Part shown: piece by piece, positions 47,352 to 50,564 of the stretch
How positions within the stretch are numbered: position 1 is the first letter of the stretch
How the letters are laid out: every line of letters starts with the position of its first letter
From: Gammaproteobacteria bacterium
GTDB taxonomy: Bacteria > Pseudomonadota > Gammaproteobacteria > Nevskiales > Nevskiaceae
Assembly (NCBI GenBank): GCA_031384195.1
Contig: JANNAK010000036.1
Span: 1 to 50,564 of the forward strand
DNA: 50,564 bases
Reading direction: 5' to 3'
Translations under genes and position numbers: made by a program
The notes under the pieces: model-generated
Told to the model about the DNA's origin: nothing
Seen by the model: only the letters and a program-made list of their open reading frames with translations
The model's database searches: none

Positions 47352-47734
47352 TGTCCGAGACCCTGACCCGTGGAGTGCGCATCATCGTGCGTCCGCGCTA
47401 CCTTCCCGAGCAGTCGGACCCGTCCGCGCCGCAGTACGTTTTCGCATACCACATCACCATCCGGAATGAAGGTGAGAAGACCGTCCAGTTGATCTCCCGG
47501 CACTGGGTGATTACCGACGGGGAGGGGACGGTCGAGGAAGTCCGCGGCCCGGGGGTGGTGGGCTACCAGCCGGTGCTGAAATCCGGCGAACAGTTCGAGT
47601 ACACCAGTGGCTGCCCGCTGGAAACGCCGGTGGGCACGATGCACGGCGAGTTCAACATGGTGCTCGAGGACGGGGAGAAATTCGATGCAAAAATTGACCC
47701 GTTTCGCCTGGCCGTACCCCGCGCCCTGAATTGA
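47351..47734 (+). CDS. apaG: Co2+/Mg2+ efflux-associated protein ApaG (DUF525)
   Basis: ORF 47297..47734 trimmed to ATG 47351, a 1-nt overlap with the sufT TGA. YLPEQSDPSAPQYVFAYHITIRNEG...LISRHWVITDG...GPGVVG.QPVL.PGE.F.YTSG is the ApaG signature. Confidence 0.88.
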   Translation: MSETLTRGVRIIVRPRYLPEQSDPSAPQYVFAYHITIRNEGEKTVQLISRHWVITDGEGTVEEVRGPGVVGYQPVLKSGEQFEYTSGCPLETPVGTMHGEFNMVLEDGEKFDAKIDPFRLAVPRALN

Positions 47735-47741
47735 CTCGCGC

Positions 47742-48326
47742 CTAGTCGGCGAGCATTTCCTGCAGGCGCGTGCGGGCCTCGGGGATCCCGGTCTTCTTCG
47801 GCGCCGAGAACAGCTGCGCCGTGGCCAGTTCCCCGAGGGCGTCCTGCACCGCGGCAAGGGTTTTCCGCGATTCACTGGACGTCAGTTTGTCGGCCTTGGC
47901 CAGCAGAATGTGCACCGTCCGCCGGTATTCCAGCGCCCAGTCGAGCATCTGCCGGTCAAAAGCGGTCAGCGGGCGCCGGCTGTCCATGATCAACACGATT
48001 CCGCGCAGGTTTTCGCGGTCGCGCAGGTAGCCGGTGATCAGCGGTCCCCAGGTTTTGCGGACCTCCTCCGGGACATCGGCAAAGCCGTAGCCGGGCAGGT
48101 CCACCAGCCGGACCTGCGGCAGTTCGAAGAAGTTCAGCAGTTGGGTTCGCCCTGGGGTCTTGCTGACCCGCGCCAGGTTTTTCTGCGAACACAGGGCGTT
48201 GAGTGCACTCGACTTTCCGGCATTCGAGCGACCGGCGAAGGCTAGTTCTGGCCGATCGCCGTCCGGCAACTGGGAGGGGTGAGCAACCGACAGCAGGAAC
48301 CGGGCGCCGGCGAAAGGATTGTGCAT
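47742..48326 (-). CDS. engB: ribosome biogenesis GTP-binding protein YihA/EngB
   Basis: G1 motif GRSNAGKSS, KTPGRTQ, and G3 motif DLPGYG. Divergent from cytochrome c4, as in many gammaproteobacteria. Confidence 0.9.
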   Translation of the reverse strand: MHNPFAGARFLLSVAHPSQLPDGDRPELAFAGRSNAGKSSALNALCSQKNLARVSKTPGRTQLLNFFELPQVRLVDLPGYGFADVPEEVRKTWGPLITGYLRDRENLRGIVLIMDSRRPLTAFDRQMLDWALEYRRTVHILLAKADKLTSSESRKTLAAVQDALGELATAQLFSAPKKTGIPEARTRLQEMLAD

Positions 48327-48364
48327 TGAGTGGTAATATTTCCCGCGAATCCCGGGAGTAGTTC

Positions 48365-48985
48365 ATGAAGCGTACGCTAGTCCTCGCTGCACTGTGCCTT
48401 TCGGCTTCCGCGCTGGCGGAGTCGGTTGTCGATCCGTTCGTGGGCGCGAGCGCGGACGCGGGCGCGTCCAAGGCCGCTGTCTGCGCAGCGTGCCACGGCC
48501 CCGGTGGCAACAGCTCCAACCCCGAGTGGCCCAAGCTGGCCGGCCAGCATTCGAGATTTGTTGTGGCCCAGTTGCAGCGCCTGAAGTCCGGCGCGCGCGC
48601 GAACCCGATAATGATGGGACAAGCCGCCGCCTTGTCCGATCAGGACATGAAGGATGTCGCGGCCTACTTTGCCGCCCAGGCGCCGACCGCGGGCATTGCC
48701 AGCCCCGATGCACTCAAGGTTGCCGACCCGCTGTATCGCAAGGGCGATGCCAGTCGCGGATTGGCTGCGTGCAGCTCTTGCCACGGCCCGACGGGCGGGG
48801 GCAACGCGGGCGCCGGGTATCCGCGCATCGGCGGCCAGCACGCCACGTATGTCGCCAAGATCCTGCGCGACTACCGCATGAGCAAGGGCGGGCCGGCCAA
48901 CACCGCAACCATGGCGGCCGTCGCGTCCAAGCTGAGCGATGCCGAAATTGATGCCCTCTCGTCCTATGTCAATGGCTTGCAGTAA
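48365..48985 (+). CDS. dihaem cytochrome c4
   Basis: Signal peptide and two CxxCH haem sites (CAACH, CSSCH), each followed by a distal Met region. 206 aa. Confidence 0.88.
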   Translation: MKRTLVLAALCLSASALAESVVDPFVGASADAGASKAAVCAACHGPGGNSSNPEWPKLAGQHSRFVVAQLQRLKSGARANPIMMGQAAALSDQDMKDVAAYFAAQAPTAGIASPDALKVADPLYRKGDASRGLAACSSCHGPTGGGNAGAGYPRIGGQHATYVAKILRDYRMSKGGPANTATMAAVASKLSDAEIDALSSYVNGLQ

Positions 48986-49007
48986 CTCTTCCAAAGGAAT
49001 CCTGTCG

Positions 49008-49673
49008 ATGCGCATTTTTGCCAGCCGTACCCTTCGGGCCGTCCTGCTTGCCACCGTGACCCTGCCGTGGGCTTGCACCGCCGCCGACGTGCCGGAGCGC
49101 TTCGTTCTCGACCAGCACTACAAGGCGGTACGGCAGCCCCAGGCGCCGACCGACCGGACCAAGGTCGAGGTCATGGAAGTGTTTTCGTACAGTTGCCCGC
49201 ACTGCTTCCACTTCGAGCCGATGGTCGTGAAATGGTTGTCGACCAAGCCGTCCGGCGTGGTGTTCGTACGCCAGCCCTGGTCGCTGGGCCAGCCGGCGGC
49301 CCTGCCGCGCAGCCGGGCCGTGTTTGCGGCTGAGCAGCTGGGCGTCTTCGAGACCTTCCACAAGGCGCTGTTTGGCGCCATCCATGGCCAGGGCAAGGTC
49401 ATGGCGACGGAGTCTGATCTCGAAAATCTGTTCGTGACCAGCACCGGCCTCGATGCCCAGCAGTACCGCGGCGCGTATTCGGGCTTTGCCACGGACAATC
49501 ATGTGCGCCGCGGCGAAAACCTGGTGCGAGACCTGGGGTTGACCAGCGTCCCGAACATCGTCGTGGATGGCCGCTGGTTCATCAACGGCACGACGGCAGG
49601 TGGCAACGAAAAAATATTCGATGTCGTCGGCTTCCTGATCAGCAAGGTAAAAGCCGAACGCAAGATTCCCTAG
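49008..49673 (+). CDS. dsbA: thiol:disulfide interchange protein DsbA
   Basis: ORF 48939..49673 trimmed to ATG 49008, preceded by AAGGA. Signal peptide, and the active site FSYSCPHCFHFEP. Confidence 0.88.
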   Translation: MRIFASRTLRAVLLATVTLPWACTAADVPERFVLDQHYKAVRQPQAPTDRTKVEVMEVFSYSCPHCFHFEPMVVKWLSTKPSGVVFVRQPWSLGQPAALPRSRAVFAAEQLGVFETFHKALFGAIHGQGKVMATESDLENLFVTSTGLDAQQYRGAYSGFATDNHVRRGENLVRDLGLTSVPNIVVDGRWFINGTTAGGNEKIFDVVGFLISKVKAERKIP

Positions 49674-49719
49674 GCGCAGGACACGTGTCGAGTCGCGGGT
49701 AGGCCCCGTGAACGCCTTC

Positions 49720-50564
49720 ATGCGCGCCGCGTTGGTTCTGGTCCTGGCCCTGGCCTCGGGCCTGGCGCACGCGCAGATGCAGCGCATCCCCCTGGCGTCC
49801 CTCGACCAGGCCTGTGCGCTTTTCGACAAGCGGCTCAAGAGCGTCAATACCGCCGATTGCGTCAACGCCGGCCTGCGGACCAGTCCGACGCCATCGGTCG
49901 CTGGCCAGCCGCTGCTCTGGCGCGATTACCGCCCCCGCACGATACGGGCCGACCAGCAGCGCATCCTGCTGATTGGCGGCAGCCACGGCGACGAGTTTTC
50001 GTCCGTCAGCATCGTCTTCAAGTGGATGCAGCGACTGAACGAGGACCGGTTCCAGCCGTTCCTGTGGCGGGTGATGCCGTGCTTGAATCCCGACGGCCTG
50101 CTGAGCATTCCCGAGACGCGGACCAACGCCCGTGGTGTCGACCTCAATCGCAACTTCCCGACGCCGGATTGGGAAGCCTCGGCGATGCCGTACTGGGAGC
50201 GGCTGACGCGGCGCGACCCGCGCCGTTATCCGGGGCCGGCGCCCTTGTCGGAGCCGGAAACCCGTTGGCTGGTTGAGCACATCAAGTACTTTCGTCCGCA
50301 TGCCATCGTCTCGGTACACGCGCCCTACGGTGTCCTGGACTACGACGGCCCGAATGAGCCGCCGATGCAGATCGGCTTTCTGCGCCTGCACCTGCTCGGC
50401 ACCTTCCCCGGTTCGCTGGGCAACTACGCCGGCCGCTACCTCGGGGTCCCGGTGATTACGCTGGAGTTGCCGCGCGCCGGCCACAAGGCCCCCGCCGGGC
50501 ACGCCCCCCCGGTCGGGACCCGCCAGCGGGCCTGGCGGGGCGAGAAACGAGGGGGGGGGGCCCC
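49720..50564 (+). CDS. M14-family zinc carboxypeptidase / murein peptide amidase-like protein, 3'-truncated by the window end
   Basis: Absent from the ORF track because it has no stop. My own translation from ATG 49720 (in-frame GTG 49708 also possible): MRAALVLVLALASGLAHAQ signal peptide, zinc site GGSHGDEF, NPDG, and RTNARGVDLNRNFP, typical of M14 peptidases. The opposite-strand ORF 49639..50502 is a shadow. Confidence 0.7.
   Translation, partial: MRAALVLVLALASGLAHAQMQRIPLASLDQACALFDKRLKSVNTADCVNAGLRTSPTPSVAGQPLLWRDYRPRTIRADQQRILLIGGSHGDEFSSVSIVFKWMQRLNEDRFQPFLWRVMPCLNPDGLLSIPETRTNARGVDLNRNFPTPDWEASAMPYWERLTRRDPRRYPGPAPLSEPETRWLVEHIKYFRPHAIVSVHAPYGVLDYDGPNEPPMQIGFLRLHLLGTFPGSLGNYAGRYLGVPVITLELPRAGHKAPAGHAPPVGTRQRAWRGEKRGGGA

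Noticed and set aside
49639-50502. 287-aa minus-strand ORF after dsbA
   Set aside because: It lies opposite a plus-strand reading frame with clear M14 peptidase motifs and a signal peptide, so the minus ORF is the shadow.

Overview
High-GC proteobacterial chromosomal segment. Gene content and order suggest a Xanthomonadales/Nevskiales-like gammaproteobacterium, but that is an inference. I count about 55 tightly packed protein-coding genes, almost all housekeeping. In order: gltB(3' end)-gltD, pyrF-hemE, a PlsC/YihG-like acyltransferase, a GST, tamA-tamB, DUF2062-tesA divergent from ybbA-ybbP, a hipBA toxin-antitoxin islet, mdh, a small OM beta-barrel, an FkbO/XanB2-like chorismatase, glpK, lipid-related hydrolases, DUF547 and a desaturase, hemB-aroE, a long minus-strand block hisB-hisH-hisA-hisF-hisE-tatA-tatB-tatC-hydrolase, dtd-MFS, an LpxL-family acyltransferase, an ABC-2/GldG/DUF4340 operon, mutM, lptM-lysA-polA, an esterase, purE-purK, SIMPL, sufT-apaG, engB, cytochrome c4, dsbA, and a 3'-truncated M14 peptidase that the ORF track misses. 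Many ORF-track entries needed trimming to internal starts, and many long ORFs are antisense shadows typical of high-GC DNA. I found no rRNA, tRNA, CRISPR array, transposase or integrase. The only clearly accessory DNA is a roughly 2.2 kb hipB-hipA plus orphan AbrB-like insert between ybbP and mdh, with an AT-rich operator-bearing promoter. The most interesting non-coding signal is an unannotated structured sRNA candidate directly downstream of polA: a row of hairpins with C-rich loops ending in a strong terminator, similar to sX13. Other points worth a second look are an 18-bp in-frame tandem repeat in the polA linker, a GST with a 76-aa Ala/Pro-rich tail, a stand-alone chorismatase-like gene, and several promoter-overlapping inverted repeats. 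I do not see convincing evidence for a wholly new multi-gene system in this window; the candidates are ranked in the findings.
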